Shown: piece after piece, positions 39,301 to 53,336 of the stretch | How positions within the stretch are numbered: position 1 is the stretch's first letter | Layout: each line of letters opens with the position of its first letter | Program-made: the position numbers and the translations under genes | NCBI GenBank assembly: GCA_964016885.1 | Contig: OZ024741.1 | Coordinates: 274,164,001 to 274,228,000 of the forward strand | DNA length: 64,000 bases | Reading direction: 5' to 3' | Source of the DNA: Eledone cirrhosa | Lineage: Eukaryota | Notes under the pieces: model-generated | The model's input: the letters and a program-made list of their open reading frames with translations, nothing else | Told to the model about the DNA's origin: nothing | Databases searched by the model: none

Positions 39301-42300
39301 GTTGGTGGTAGTATAGGTGTTGTTGGTAGTATAGGTGTTGGTGGTAGTATAGGTGTTGGTGGTAGTATATGTGTTGGTGGTGGTAGTATAGGTGTTGGTG
39401 GTAGTATATGTGTTGGTGGTGGTAGTATAAGTGTTGGTGGTGGTAGTATAGGTGTTGGTGGTGGTAGTATAGGTGTTGGTGGTAATATAGGTGTTGGTGG
39501 TAGTATAGGTGTTGGTGGTAGTATAGGTGTTGGTGTTAGTATATGTGTTGGTGGTGGTAGTATAAGTGTTGGTGGTGGTAGTATAGGTGTTGGTGGTGGT
39601 AGTATAGGTGTTGGTGGTAATATAGGTGTTGGTGGTAGTATAGGTGTTGGCGGTAGTATATGTGTTGGTGGTAGTATATGTGTTGGCGGTAGTATATGTG
39701 TTGGTGGTAGTATAGGTGTTGTTGGTAGTATATGTGTTGGTGGTAGTATAGGTGTTGGTGGTAGTATATGTGTTGGTGGTGGTATAGGTGTTGGTGGTAG
39801 TATAGGTGTCGGTGGTGGTAGTATAGGTGTTGGTGGTAGTATAGGTGTTGGTGGTAGTATAGGTGTTGGTGGTAGTATAGGTGTTAGTGGTAGTATAGGT
39901 ATCGGTGGTGGTAGTATAGGTGTTGGTGGTGGTAGTATAGGTGTTGGTGGTAGTATAGGTGTTGGTGGTGGTATAGGTGTTGGTGGTAGTATAGGTGTTG
40001 GTGGTAGTATAGGTGTTAGTGGTAGTATAGGTGTGGTGGTAGTATAGGTGTTGGTGGTAGTATAGGTGTTGGTGGTAGTATAGGTGTTGGTGGTAGTATA
40101 GGTGTTGGTGGTAGTATAGGTGTTGGTGGTGGTATAGGTGTTGGTGGTAGTATAGGTGTTGGTGGTAGTATAGGTGTTGGTGGTAGTATAGGTGTTGGTG
40201 GTAGTATAGGTGTGGTGGTAGTATAGGTGTTGGTGGTAGTATAGGTGTTGGTGGTAGTATATGTGTTGGTGGTGGTATAGGTGTTGGTGGTAGTATAGGT
40301 GTCGGTGGTGGTAGTATAGGTGTTGGTGGTAGTATAGGTGTTGGTGGTAGTATAGGTGTTGGTGGTAGTATAGGTGTTGGTGGTAGTATAGGTGTTGGTG
40401 GTAGTATAGCTGTGGTGGTATTATAGGTGTTGGTGGTAGTATAGGTGTTGGTGGTAGTATATGTGTTGGTGGTAGTATAGGTGTTGGTGGTAGTATAGGT
40501 GTTGGTGGTAGTATAGGTGTTGGTGGTAGTATAGGTGTTGGTGGTAGTATATGTGTTGGTGGTGGTATAGGTGTTGGTGGTAGTATAGGTGTCGGTGGTG
40601 GTAGTATAGGTGTTGGTGGTAGTATAGGTGTTGGTGGTAGTATAGGTGTTGGTGGTAGTATAGGTGTTAGTGGTAGTATAGGTATCGGTGGTGGTAGTAT
40701 AGGTGTTGGTGGTGGTAGTATAGGTGTTGGTGGTAGTATAGGTGTTGGTGGTGGTATAGGTGTTGGTGGTAGTATAGGTGTTGGTGGTAGTATAGGTGTT
40801 AGTGGTAGTATAGGTGTGGTGGTAGTATAGGTGTTGGTGGTAGTATAGGTGTTGGTGGTAGTATAGGTGTTGGTGGTAGTATAGGTGTTGGTGGTAGTAT
40901 AGGTGTTGGTGGTGGTATAGGTGTTGGTGGTAGTATAGGTGTTGGTGGTAGTATAGGTGTTGGTGGTAGTATAGGTGTTGGTGGTAGTATAGGTGTGGTG
41001 GTAGTATAGGTGTTGGTGGTAGTATAGGTGTTGGTGGTATAGGTGTTGGTGGTAGTATAGGTGTTGGTGGTGGTAGTATAGGTGTTGGTGGTGGTAGTAT
41101 AGGTGTTGGAGGTGGTATAGGTGTTGATGGTAGTATAGGTGTTGGTGGTGGTGGTATAGGTGTTGGTGGTAGTATAGGTGTTGGTGGTGGTGGTATAGGT
41201 GTTGGTGGTAGTATAGGTGTTGGTGGTGGTAGTATAGGTGTTGGTGGTGGTAGTATAGGTGTTGGTGGTGGTAGTATAGGTGTTGGTGGTAGTATATGTG
41301 TTGGTGGTGGTAGTATAGGTGTCGGTGGTGGTATAGGTGTTGGTGGTGGTATAGGTGTTGGTGGTAGTATAGGTGTTGGTGTTAGTATATGTGTTGGTGG
41401 TGGTAGTATAGGTGTTGGTGGTAGTATATGTGTTGGTGGTGGTAGTATAAGTGTTGGTGGTGGTAGTATAGGTGTTGGTGGTAATATAGGTGTTGGTGGT
41501 AGTATAGGTGTTGGTGGTAGTATAGGTGTTGGTGGTGGTAGTATAGGTGTCGGTGGTGGTAGTATAGGTGTTGGTGGTAGTATAGGTGTCGGTGGTGGTA
41601 GTATAAGTGTTGGTGGTGGTAGTATAGTTGTTGGTGGTAGTATAAGTGTTGGTGGTGGTAGTATAGGTGTTGGTGGTAGTATAAGTGTTGGTGGTGGTAG
41701 TATAGGTGTTGGTGGTGGTAGTATAGGTGTTGGCGGTAGTATAGGTGTTGGTGGTAGTATAGGTGTTGTTGGTAGTATAGGTGTTGGTGGTAGTATAGGT
41801 GTTGGTGGTAGTATATGTGTTGGTGGTGGTAGTATAGGTGTTGGTGGTAGTATATGTGTTGGTGGTGGTAGTATAAGTGTTGGTGGTGGTAGTATAGGTG
41901 TTGGTGGTGGTAGTATAGGTGTTGGTGGTAATATAGGTGTTGGTGGTAGTATAGGTGTTGGTGGTAGTATAGGTGTTGGTGTTAGTATATGTGTTGGTGG
42001 TGGTAGTATAGGTGTTGGTGGTAGTATATGTGTTGGTGGTGGTAGTATAAGTGTTGGTGGTGGTAGTATAGGTGTTGGTGGTGGTAGTATAGGTGTTGGT
42101 GGTGGTAGTATAGGTGTTGGTGGTAATATAGGTGTTGGTGGTAGTATAGGTGTTGGTGGTAGTATAGGTGTTGGTGGTAGTATAGGTGTTGGTGGCAGTA
42201 TATGTGTTGGTGGTGGTAGTATAAGTGTTGGTGGTGGTAGTATAGGTGTTGGTGGTAGTATAGGTGTTGGTGGTAGTATATGTGTTGGTGGTGGTAGTAT

Positions 42301-42921
42301 AAGTGTTGGTGGTGGTAGTATAGGTGTTGGTGGTGGTAGTATAGGTGTTGGTGGTAATATAGGTGTTGGTGGTAGTATAGGTGTTGGTGGTAGTATAGGT
42401 GTTGGTGGTGGTAGTATAGGTGTCGGTGGTGGTAGTATAGGTGTTGGTGGTAATATAGGTGTTGGTGGTAGTATAGGTGTTGGTGGTAGTATAGGTGTTG
42501 GTGGTAGTATAGGTGTTGGTGGTAGTATATGTGTTGGTGGTGGTAGTATAAGTGTTGGTGGTGGTAGTATAGGTGTTGGTGGTAGTATAGGTGTTGGTGG
42601 TAGTATATGTGTTGGTGGTGGTAGTATAAGTGTTGGTGGTGGTAGTATAGGTGTTGGTGGTGGTAGTATAGGTGTTGGTGGTAATATAGGTGGTGGTGGT
42701 AGTATAGGTGTTGGTGGTAGTATAGGTGTTGGTGGTAGTATAGGTGTTGGTGGTGGTAGTATAGGTGTCGGTGGTGGTAGTATAGGTGTTGGTGGTAATA
42801 TAGGTGTTGGTGGTAGTATAGGTTTTGGTGGTAGTATAGGTGTTGGTGGTAGTATAGGTGTTGGTGGTAGTAGTATAGGTGTTGGTGGTGGTAGTATAGG
42901 TGTTGGTGGTAGTATAGGTGT
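36366..42921. repeat. Minisatellite, 18-bp unit TATAGGTGTTGGTGGTAG with 17- and 21-bp variants
   Basis: Direct reading, ~6.5 kb. Confidence 0.97.
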
Positions 42922-43051
42922 GCTACCAGAGTTGTACAACTACACATTGTCATGTTAATCACCTTATTATTTCCTTCTTTGATGTTAGATGAAAGCCGTA
43001 TAAGATTGTAATTACTCTGGCTAGCTTTATGGTTGTTGGCTTCCCTAGCTC

Positions 43052-43700
<649 letters not shown>

Positions 43701-43852
43701 TATATATAGATATGTGTATGTGTGTAGCTTTGTGGTTGCGTTGGCTTACCTCGCTCTTCGAACTCTTTCTTCTATAATATATACATATTTGTATGTATAT
43801 GGTCGCATTCTTTAAGGCTGTCAATATTTGTTTATAAAACTGATCTATATTA

Positions 43853-43917
43853 TATTTTATCTGATGAAAGCGCACCATAATTTGCTTTGGAGTCCTTGAA
43901 ATATGTATAATGAAATA
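43853..43917 (+). ncRNA. Type I hammerhead (family A)
   Basis: tattttat-CTGATGA-..-GAAA-tatgta-TA-atgaaata. Stem II is degenerate. Confidence 0.7.
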
Positions 43918-43951
43918 AATATTGTTTTATAAATATAGTTTCCATTTGTTA

Positions 43952-43989
<38 letters not shown>

Positions 43990-43992
<3 letters not shown>

Positions 43993-44196
43993 GTGGAACA
44001 CTGGAAGGTAATATCCGTAGTGGTAGAGCACTCTGTCCAAGGGACGAGTTAGGTAGAAGTGGTTACACAACAGTTAGTTCACCATACCGAGAACAATTGT
44101 TTCACCTTAGCGGATCTTCATCCCGAGCTGAAGATCCGCGAAGGTGAAGCAATTGTTCTTGGTATGGTGAACTAACTGTTGTGTAACCAACTTCTA
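43990..44196. mobile_element. Asymmetric palindrome (family F) with hammerhead at 44123-44162 (+)
   Basis: ccgag-CTGAAGA-tccgcgaaggt-GAAG-caattg-TT-cttgg. The mirror arm retains GAAA. Confidence 0.75.
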
Positions 44197-44222
44197 TATA
44201 TACATATATATATATATATATA

Positions 44223-44280
<58 letters not shown>

Positions 44281-44283
<3 letters not shown>

Positions 44284-44392
44284 AACGAGTAGGACCCTGA
44301 CGGCTGAACTCAAGCCGTTTCGACGGCTAATTCAGTCCAGAATTAGCCGTCGAAACGGCTTGAGCTCAGCCGTCGGGGTCCTACTCGTTTCT
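44281..44392. repeat. ~55-bp-arm palindrome next to (TA)n
   Basis: aacgagtaggacc..gacggctaattc / gaattagccgtc..ggtcctactcgtt. Confidence 0.8.
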
Positions 44393-44763
44393 ATTACCCA
44401 CTCTACTACCTTAAGTATTGAGTACTTTGGTGCGTTATGGTCCACACTGGGTTCCTTACCACATTTCCTTCATTATATATATATATATACATATATTATA
44501 TATATATTATATATATATTATATATATATTATATATATTATATATATATATATGATATATATGTATATATATATGTATCTATATGTATATATATGTATAT
44601 AAATATATATGTATATAAATATATATGTATATATACATGTATAAATATATGTATATATATATATATATAATATATATATATATGATATATATGTATATAT
44701 ATATATATGTATCTATATGTATATATATGTATATAAATATACATGTATATATACATGTATAAA

Positions 44764-44876
<113 letters not shown>

Positions 44877-44983
44877 GTAGAATAATCGAGAATCGGAATA
44901 TCAGCCCACGAAATCACGATAAACAATATCCGATATATGTGGCAGAGGGCTCAATAATTTGGAAAAATTATATATATATATAA

Positions 44984-45342
44984 TGTAGGAGGTGAGTTTT
45001 ATAATAAAGCAATGCAAATATCGGATAAGTAGCACTCTACAGTTTGTAGGACTGGAGTATAAATAATATAAGATCAAAAGATGGTTAAAAGAGTTCCAAG
45101 TATTTTATTATGCGCATTTCAAAAACAAATATCATCATGGGATGATATCTGCGTTCTCATCAGATAAAATAGGGATACATGATATGAAGCTTAAAAAACA
45201 CTTGTGAATAGTGAACTTTTAAATCAACATATGTTGATCCCTATTTTATCTGATGAGAACGCAGATATTATCCCATGATGATATTTGTTTTTGAAATGTG
45301 CATAATAAAATACTTGGAACTCTTTTAACCATCTTTTGATCT

Positions 45343-45348
<6 letters not shown>
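44984..45348. mobile_element. Family C palindrome, copy 2; hammerheads at 45103-45169 (-) and 45244-45310 (+)
   Basis: Homologous to 16936-17352, with the same arm end points. Confidence 0.85.
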
Positions 45349-45385
<37 letters not shown>

Positions 45386-46064
45386 ATACACAATGAATTC
45401 ATTCGCCTAATATAGGTGTTGCCTCCCTTGCTGAACCCCGCGTGGGGTCAGTTACAGACACATTTATGTGGACTTTCGAACTGAATCCCGTTGACAACGC
45501 GCACTCCCAGTTCAGTCATGATACATGACCCGAAATAGGAGATCCGAAATAGGAGATCGAATCTTCGCTGTGTGGATGATTAGTTTAACCACCATCTCAG
45601 TGTGTTTGGCCTTTAACGTAAGTTGTAAGCTCTAATTCATATGAATTATCGAGCGCTTGCCTCATAACTCGAATGTGATTCTCGTTAATTCATAGGCTGA
45701 AATCCGATTCTCGCTAATTTTTACTTATATATAGAGAGAGAGAGAGTGAGTGAAAGAAAGGTATGGAATAAATCTATGAAACCAGAAAAATCCTGATGAT
45801 GCAAAATGAACCAGGTACCCCCCCCCCCCCACACACACACACATAGACATACACACATACACACCTACACACACAAATACACAAACACATGCACACATAC
45901 ACTCATACACATACACGTATACATACACCAGATATATATATTAGTACTACACCATATCTACACTAAACGGCTTTCATATCACCCTTCTATACCACACCAT
46001 ACAAAACCACTCTATTTACCCCCACACCATACAAAACCACCCGTCCTCGTGCCTGGTAATCCTC

Positions 46065-47530
46065 CTCAACCCCACCCTCACCCTGGCCCCGAACTTCACT
46101 TATCTACCCTCACCTCCACCCCACGACCTCCCTCACTCTCCCACATTCACCACAACTCCGCCACCAAAACGCCACCACACCGCCACCACACCGCCACCAC
46201 ACCGCCACCACACCGCCACCACACCGCCACCACACCACATCTCTCACTCTCCCGCCCACCTTCACTCCACCCTCACTCCCCTCTCCCATCCACCTTCTCC
46301 TCACCCTCTCCCACCCACCTTCCCTCCACTCTCCCACCCACCTTCACTCCACTCTCCCACTCACCTACATTCCCCTCTCCCATCCACCTTCACCTCACTC
46401 TCACTCCACTCTCCCACCCACCTTCACTCCACTCTCCCACCCACCTTCACCCCACCCTCACTCAACCCTCACTCCATCTCCCACACACATTCACCCAACC
46501 TCCACCGCACCTCCTCCCCACTCAACCACACCACATCACTCACTCTCCCGCCAACCTATACCCCACCTCCACCACACCCTCACTCCATGCTCACTCCACT
46601 CTCCCACCCACATTCACCCCACCTTCACTCCACCCTCAGTCCACGCTCACCCTTACCTCAACTTTCACTCTTCTACAGCAATCTCACCTCCACCTTCTCC
46701 GTCTCCCCAACTTCACACCTACCCTTACCTTCTCGCTCACTCTCACACTCACCTTAACACTCATCCTTACCTTCACATTTACCTCCACCCTCACTCTCGC
46801 TCTCATTCCGACACCCACCCACCTCCACCCTATCTCACAGCACACCCCCACCCCACATCACAGAACCCTCCCTCCCTCCCACACGCCTCATCTCCATCAT
46901 ATCTCGCCCATTCCATCACACCCTCACCTCCACCCTATCACACACCCCACCATCTCTCACACCCACACCTCCACCTTACTTCACACCAAACTCCACATAC
47001 CTCCATCCCCACCTTCCCTTACACACACACCACCACATTACTAGCCGCCACCCCCACCACCACCTTATTAGCCCCCACCACTACCACCTTTTCACCCTCC
47101 GCCCCACCACCGTATCAACGCGCCACCACCTTATCAGCCCTACCCCACCACCACCATATCACCCTCCACTCCATCACCTCCACCAGTTTATCACCTTCCA
47201 CCACCACCTTATCACCCTCCACCACCACCACCACCACCACCACCACCTTATCACCCTCCACCACCACCTTCACCACCACCACCACCTTATCACCCTCCAC
47301 CACCACCTTCACCACCACCACCTTATCACCCTCCACCACCACCTTCACCACCACCACCTTATCACCCCACCACAGTATTAGCTTCCACCCCACCACCGTA
47401 TCAGTCCCCACCACCTTATCAGCGACCCCCACCACCACCTTATCACCCTCCATCCCACCACCACCACCTTATCACCCTCCATCCCCACCAGCACCACCTT
47501 AAGAGCCACCGCCCCCACCCCCACCCCAAC
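46065..47530. repeat. C/A-rich low-complexity tract, including (accaccaccttatcaccctcc)-type units
   Basis: Direct reading. Confidence 0.85.
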
Positions 47531-47788
47531 CTCAGCACTGAACCAAAGATAAGCAATTACCTTATTACAGGAATTACAAGATAAAACGACGAGAAGGAAG
47601 TAAAGAAGGAAAGAAGAGAAGGAAAAAGTGAGAGAAAATAATTATAGACAGGAGACGGGTGTGTGAAAGGGAGGTAACTGAATATTAATTCATTGTTGTT
47701 GTTGTTAATATTATTAACTCATTATTGTTGGTGGTCTTCTCATCTTCTTTATTAGTATTTTAGTGTTAGTACAGTCGACTGTAACAAT

Positions 47789-47828
<40 letters not shown>

Positions 47829-47952
47829 GGTGGAGGTGGTGGTGGTGGTGGTAGTAGTAGTAGTAGTGGTGGTAGTAACGGTAGTGGTGGTGGTGGTAGT
47901 AGTAGTAGTAGTTTTGGTAGTAATAGTGGTGGTAGTGGCGGTAGTGGCGGTA

Positions 47953-48025
<73 letters not shown>

Positions 48026-48029
48026 CAGC

Positions 48030-48083
<54 letters not shown>
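47789..48083. repeat. (AGT)n/(GGT)n compound microsatellite
   Basis: Direct reading. Confidence 0.95.
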
Positions 48084-48084
<1 letters not shown>

Positions 48085-48325
48085 ACAACAGTAGTAGTTG
48101 CTGGTAATTAAATCTTCATAATGATAGCTAGTCTTTGATAGTCGAAAGACTTTGATAGCGAGAATACACTTAATGATACCCGAGATAGCTATAATATGTG
48201 TCAGTCTCTGACTCAACATGATTGATGGCAGAGAAACGGAAAAGATCCTCTTCCTAGGTTCCTGGGGTCGAACCACTGACCACGTAATGAAGATTAACCA
48301 GATTTTCTAGTACCAAATTAACAAC

Positions 48326-48395
<70 letters not shown>

Positions 48396-48682
48396 TACAC
48401 ACACACATACATTTACATTATATATATGGAAGGAACTCAATATAGGCGAAAACATAGTTTTGACGCCTATGTAGATGGGCTGATTAGCCTCATTTGCATA
48501 CGGATCTATAGGCTATCTCGACCTGGACAAGAAATAGAATTCATTTATTAAAATATTTTTTGTTTCCTGTAAGAATTCCTACATGCGACTATTGTGGTGG
48601 CTGCCCAGGAATGTTCCATTGAGCATGCTGTAAGCGAAGAGGTCGATCTAAATCCTTATTGTCCCTTCACCACACGATCAAA

Positions 48683-51600
48683 GTAAGTGACCCTTTCTCA
48701 CTTGCCCCGTTTCTCCTCCAACATGGCCGTACTTAGAATAGACAGTATTAATGCACGCGGCCTGGGGTCATCTTGGAAGCAGGGTCACCTGCTCAACGAC
48801 CTCAGGTCACTAAACATAGATGTGGTGGCCATCAGCGAGACCAGAATCTCCGAAGCACGAGCCTTCGCACCGAACTTCGGCGGCTATGATGTATACGCAT
48901 CTCCCAGCCGTCCAGGATCGGGGGGAGAGGTTGCCGTAATTTTTCGGAGAGGCTTGGATCTCGCCATACGGGCCATCTTCCTGGACCCAGAAGGTAAATC
49001 GGTGGTGCTGGACGTGCCCCGCAGCGAAGGCAATGCTTTCAGGCTAGTAGCATCTACGCCCCAACTGGGGCAGGACGTCCAGATTTCTTCAGACATCTAG
49101 AGATCTTTCTTGGAACGTCCCGCTCTTTAGTGTTAGTGGGCGACTGGAATGGTATCTTGGATGCACGCTGGGATTGTGTGGGGATAGTGGATAGGGGAGG
49201 AAGGTGCAAGAGCCTCACCAGCCTGCTCAGACGTTTTGAACTGTCTGACAGGTATCGACTGGATCACCCGAATGTGCCAATGTGGACATGGACAAACCGT
49301 CTCGGGTCATCCAGATCGTATCTTGATAGGGTATTCTGCAGTGAACTAGATAAGGCTAGTATAAGTTGTCCACAATTTAAAATAGTCGACTACACAAACC
49401 ACAAATTTGTGATATCTGAGATCGACATAGACAGACTTTATAGACAAGGGCCCGGTTACTGGAAGCTGAATGCGTCTTTCCTGGCGCGCAATGCCTACAG
49501 AGACCGGATTAGCGTATTAGTTAAGCGGGCGTTGACGGAAGCGGTCGTCAACAACAGGTGATGGTTCGCCCTGAAAAGGGTTATTAAAGTATAGTCGATT
49601 AGGTTTAGCAAAGGACTAGTGATAGAGGAAAATAGAGTAGAGGGAGAGCTAGTCAGAAAGCTAGAAGAGGCGTTAAGGACAGGTATCGCAACCGACGTGC
49701 TTGTAGCGAGATTGGCACTAGACCAATTCTTCAGCGCAAAATACGAAGGCTGCGTTATCAGAGCTAGAGCGCGTGCTCTGAAACACGAGGGGACAAAAGC
49801 CGTCCTATGGGCCCGTGTGGCAGAATCTTTATCTGACCAAAACGGGCGTGTGTTGCTCGAACCCGAGCAGATGTGTGAAGCTTTTCAGCAGCACTTTGCT
49901 GAATTGTTCGGGAGCAGCAGCGGGCCGGATTGAGGTATGGACTTCAGTGCATACCTCGACGGACTGCCTCGGCTCTTGACGACCGCAGCACAGTGTTGCG
50001 AAAAGCCAATAACAGCCGGTGAAATACGGGAAGCGATGGCTAACTGCACGAGGGGTAAATCGCCAGGTTTCGATGGTCTACACTACGAGCTTTATGCATT
50101 TATGCCAGACTTGTTCGGTGACCTCTTGGCAGACGTCTACTGCAATTCGCAGCAGAACGCGAGCATTCCCAGTTTTGTGAGCCAGGGAGTGGTGGCGCTG
50201 CTGAAAAAAGACCCAAACAAGGGGGTTGTTATCGATAACTTCAGTCCCATAACCCTGCTAAACGCAGAGTTCAAGATTTTGGCCAAGGTGTTAGCAACGA
50301 GGTTGGCGCTTGTCATCAAGTGTCTGGTGGGAGAGGCGCAGATATGCGCCATTCTGGACAGATCCATACACGACAACCTCCACCTCATGCGATACATCAT
50401 AGAGAGGGTGGTTAAGGAACCTGGCACAGGTGGGGCCCTGATCAACTTGGATCAATCCAAAGCATTCGATAGGGTCGACCATCGGTACCTGGCGGCGGTC
50501 CTCGAGGCAGCCGGTTTCGGGCCCGTTTTCAGGGGTTGGATCGCTGCGGTCTACAGCGACATCTGCACAGTTGTGAGGGTGAACGGTCAGCTGTCGCAGC
50601 CGTTCTGCATCATGCGCTCGATCCGCCAGGGTTGTCCCCTCTCGTCCCTCTTGTACGTATTGGCTGTCGAGCCGTTACTGCACAAACTGGGGGCGATGAG
50701 GGGCGTCCCACGCTAACTAGGATGCGGGAAATCCGAGACGGCTTACGCCGACGACGTCACCTTGCTGGTGTCGAGCACCAGACACGTCCAGATGCTCGGC
50801 ACTGCTCTCAAGGAATACGAAGCGGTGACAGGAGCAAAGATAAATCAGGAAAAGGCGGTGGGTTTGCAGCTCGGCACCTAGAGAGGCAAGCCCATGCCAT
50901 CCGACAGCGTCGTGGGACGTTGGACGGAAGGACCGGTTAAATTGCTCGGGGTCTGGTTCGGACCAGACCTCCAGAAAAACTGGAGCAAGGTGACGAGCAA
51001 GGTGGCCTCCCTCACCCAGAAATGGGCCGAGAGAAAGCTGTCCCTGAAAGGCCGGGCGGAGGTGGCGAATGTGTACATCGCATCCGTCATCTGCTACCGC
51101 CTCACCGTCGTCCCTTTCCCCGGCCTAACTCTCACCAAAATGGAGCGCCTCCTCTTCCGCTTTTTGTGGAAGTGACGCGCTCCCATGGTCAGACGATCCA
51201 TCTGCTGTCAACAACCGTTGCGTGGAGGACTGGGCATGCCATGGCTGATGATGCGCAAACATGCGCTGAGGCTGCGACATCTCTGATGCTTCCTTGACGG
51301 TGAACAGGTGTTGTCGCCGTTCGCCAGGCACGTTTCCCACAGCTCGTCTCCTTGACGGAGCTGCAGTCCTGGGTCAGAAAAAAACCGAGGGATAGCGCTT
51401 GGAAACTTGAATGTCTCCAGGCGCTCACTGACCTCTGCCAGCTGGGCACCAGTATCGGTGGAACATCCACCTCGGCGTTCTATAGAGGACGAGTGGAAGG
51501 GAAGAGCGACGACATTCTCGGAGAGATCCTGGGCGTCGAAGAAGATCAGCTGTTTACTCTCTTCCGGAGAACTTTCAGCCCAGGGCCTATGGATAACTTC

Positions 51601-52407
51601 CAAAAAATCCCTGGCCTGGCAGTGCTACCGGGGAGCGTTGCCGGTTCGAGATAAGCTCTACAGGCACGGAAGTGCCGTCAGCCGAGCCTGTCCGAGATGC
51701 GCGCAGAGCGACGAAACCGTCGTGCACGCACTCGTTCAGTGTCCGAGCATTGCTGTCTTGTGGAGCTATGTCGAACAGTTGCTGCGCGTGTAGGACTGAT
51801 CCGGTTATCGACCGAGTCCATTGTGCAGATGGTCTCACCGTCTTCATTCGAGGAGGAAGGGCAGGTGGTTTTCATCTGCCTGGTGGCCATGGCGAAAGAG
51901 ATTGTGTGGTGGACAAGGTTGAAAGGTTGAAAGGGTAAAAGACAGACACTTTCCTCTTCGGCGAATCCCTAATTAACTTTTTCAAGTTTCAGTTGAAGAG
52001 GAAAATCAGGGTGGAGAGGTAAGTGCTGCCTTCTAGCAAGTTTGTTGAAAGGTGGGTGAATGTAGCAAGAATGGTCCGAGTGAACGGAACCGCTCTGAAT
52101 ATACGCCTGTAGTTTTAGAAATGGAAAAATTGAGAGAGGGCCCTTGCCCTGGTGGTCAGGGTGGCCGTGGTCTTTTGTGTGGTTTTCGCCACGAGTAACC
52201 CTCGGAGGTTTCCCCCCTATTGGGGAATTTTTCATTGTTTCAATTTTCATTTTTATTGTTTATATATATATATGTTTTATGTCCTTTTTTTTTTCTTTTC
52301 TTATATAAATAATAAAAATCTTTACACGCACAAAACCCACATCGTACAGTCCTGTGCCGTCTGTAATGTTTTTCTTGATGTCAGCCCTTGTGGCCAATAA
52401 AGAAATC
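48683..52407 (+). mobile_element. Decayed Tx1/L1-clade LINE, copy C (ORF2 pseudogene 48723-52112) with (ATT)n tail
   Basis: INARGL, GDWN, KSPGFDG, LDQSKAFDRV, QGCPLS, YADD and CPRC, with many stops and frameshifts. AATAAA then (ATT)n. Confidence 0.9.
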
Positions 52408-52428
52408 ATTATTATTATTATTATTATT

Positions 52429-52620
52429 GGATTGGCAGTATCAGTAGAGGGTCGGACGCCATGCTTTGACGCATAGAGTTACAGCCCTTTGGCATTCTGA
52501 GTTCAAATCCCGTCGAGGTTAACTTTGCCTTTCATCCTTACGGGATCGATAAATAAAGTACCAGTAATGTACTGGATAATTGCTGGCTTTGTGCCAAAAG
52601 TAGAAACAATTATTATTATT
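52429..52620 (+). mobile_element. tRNA-derived SINE inserted in (ATT)n
   Basis: Same family as 4821. Confidence 0.85.
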
Positions 52621-52623
52621 ATT

Positions 52624-53336
52624 GTTTCTTGAGTCTCAGTCATTGATGTTATTTAACTGGAAAGTTTGTTGAAATGAATATCAAGCCACTACCTGCAGCT
52701 TCAGATATTCAGGACGTATCGGAGGGTTCTTGCTGTTCCCAGCAAGCATGCCTTTTGAAGTGTTCCAAAAAGCGGGGCGGGACCAATTTTCTTTAACCAT
52801 CCTTGGAAACTCTTTGAGATAGTACTTAGTGCGCCTATGACAATGGAGACCACTTTGACTTCATGGCAGTTCCAAAACCTTTTTACCTCCCACTTTAAGT
52901 CCTGGTATCGGTTAATGTTCTCCCTCTCCTTCTCTTGCACTCTCGTGTCGAATGGGTAGGCCACATCCACAATCAGGCACGATCTTTTTCCCTTGTCCAA
53001 AACCACCAGGTCAGGTCTATTGTGTTCCAGTTTCTTATCCGTCTGTATCCTAAAATCCCACAGCACCTTCACCTGATCGTTTTCCATCACCGATTCTGGC
53101 TTATGCTCATATCACTTCTCAGAATGTGGTAAATTGTTTACTTTGCATAGGTGCCAGTGAATCACCCTGCCCATCACATCATATCTCCAGCCTTTATAGT
53201 GAGTCTGGGCTAGGTGTTTACACTCGGTTACAATGTGAGCCACAGCCTCCTCTCTCTCTCCACAGATCCTACACAGTGGGCTAGCCCCCTCCTTGTAAAT
53301 ATGGTGTTTCAGCCACTTCGTTTTGAGGGCCTGCTC
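52624..53336 (-). mobile_element. R4-clade (Dong/Rex6-like) LINE 3' fragment with RLE endonuclease
   Basis: CRICGEREEAVAHIVTEC, LWDFRIQTD..HNRPDLVV..IVDVAYP..Y.DL and VIGAL. 3' end runs into (AAT)n. Confidence 0.85.

Noticed and set aside
36366-42921. CRISPR-like or telomeric array
   Set aside because: No unique spacers, eukaryotic context, internal position, and the unit is not TTAGGG.
38353-42939. 1528-aa proline/threonine-rich ORF
   Set aside because: It is a translation of the 18-bp minisatellite. It drifts through all three repeat frames (PPTPIL, HQHLYY, TTTNTY), starts at a non-ATG codon and has no unique domain.
45806-47044. 412-aa His/Pro/Thr-rich ORF
   Set aside because: C/A-rich low-complexity DNA that lacks stops by composition, with no domain signal.
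47714-48276. Poly-Ser/Gly, poly-Leu and poly-Tyr ORFs
   Set aside because: Readings of the (AGT)/(GGT) microsatellite.
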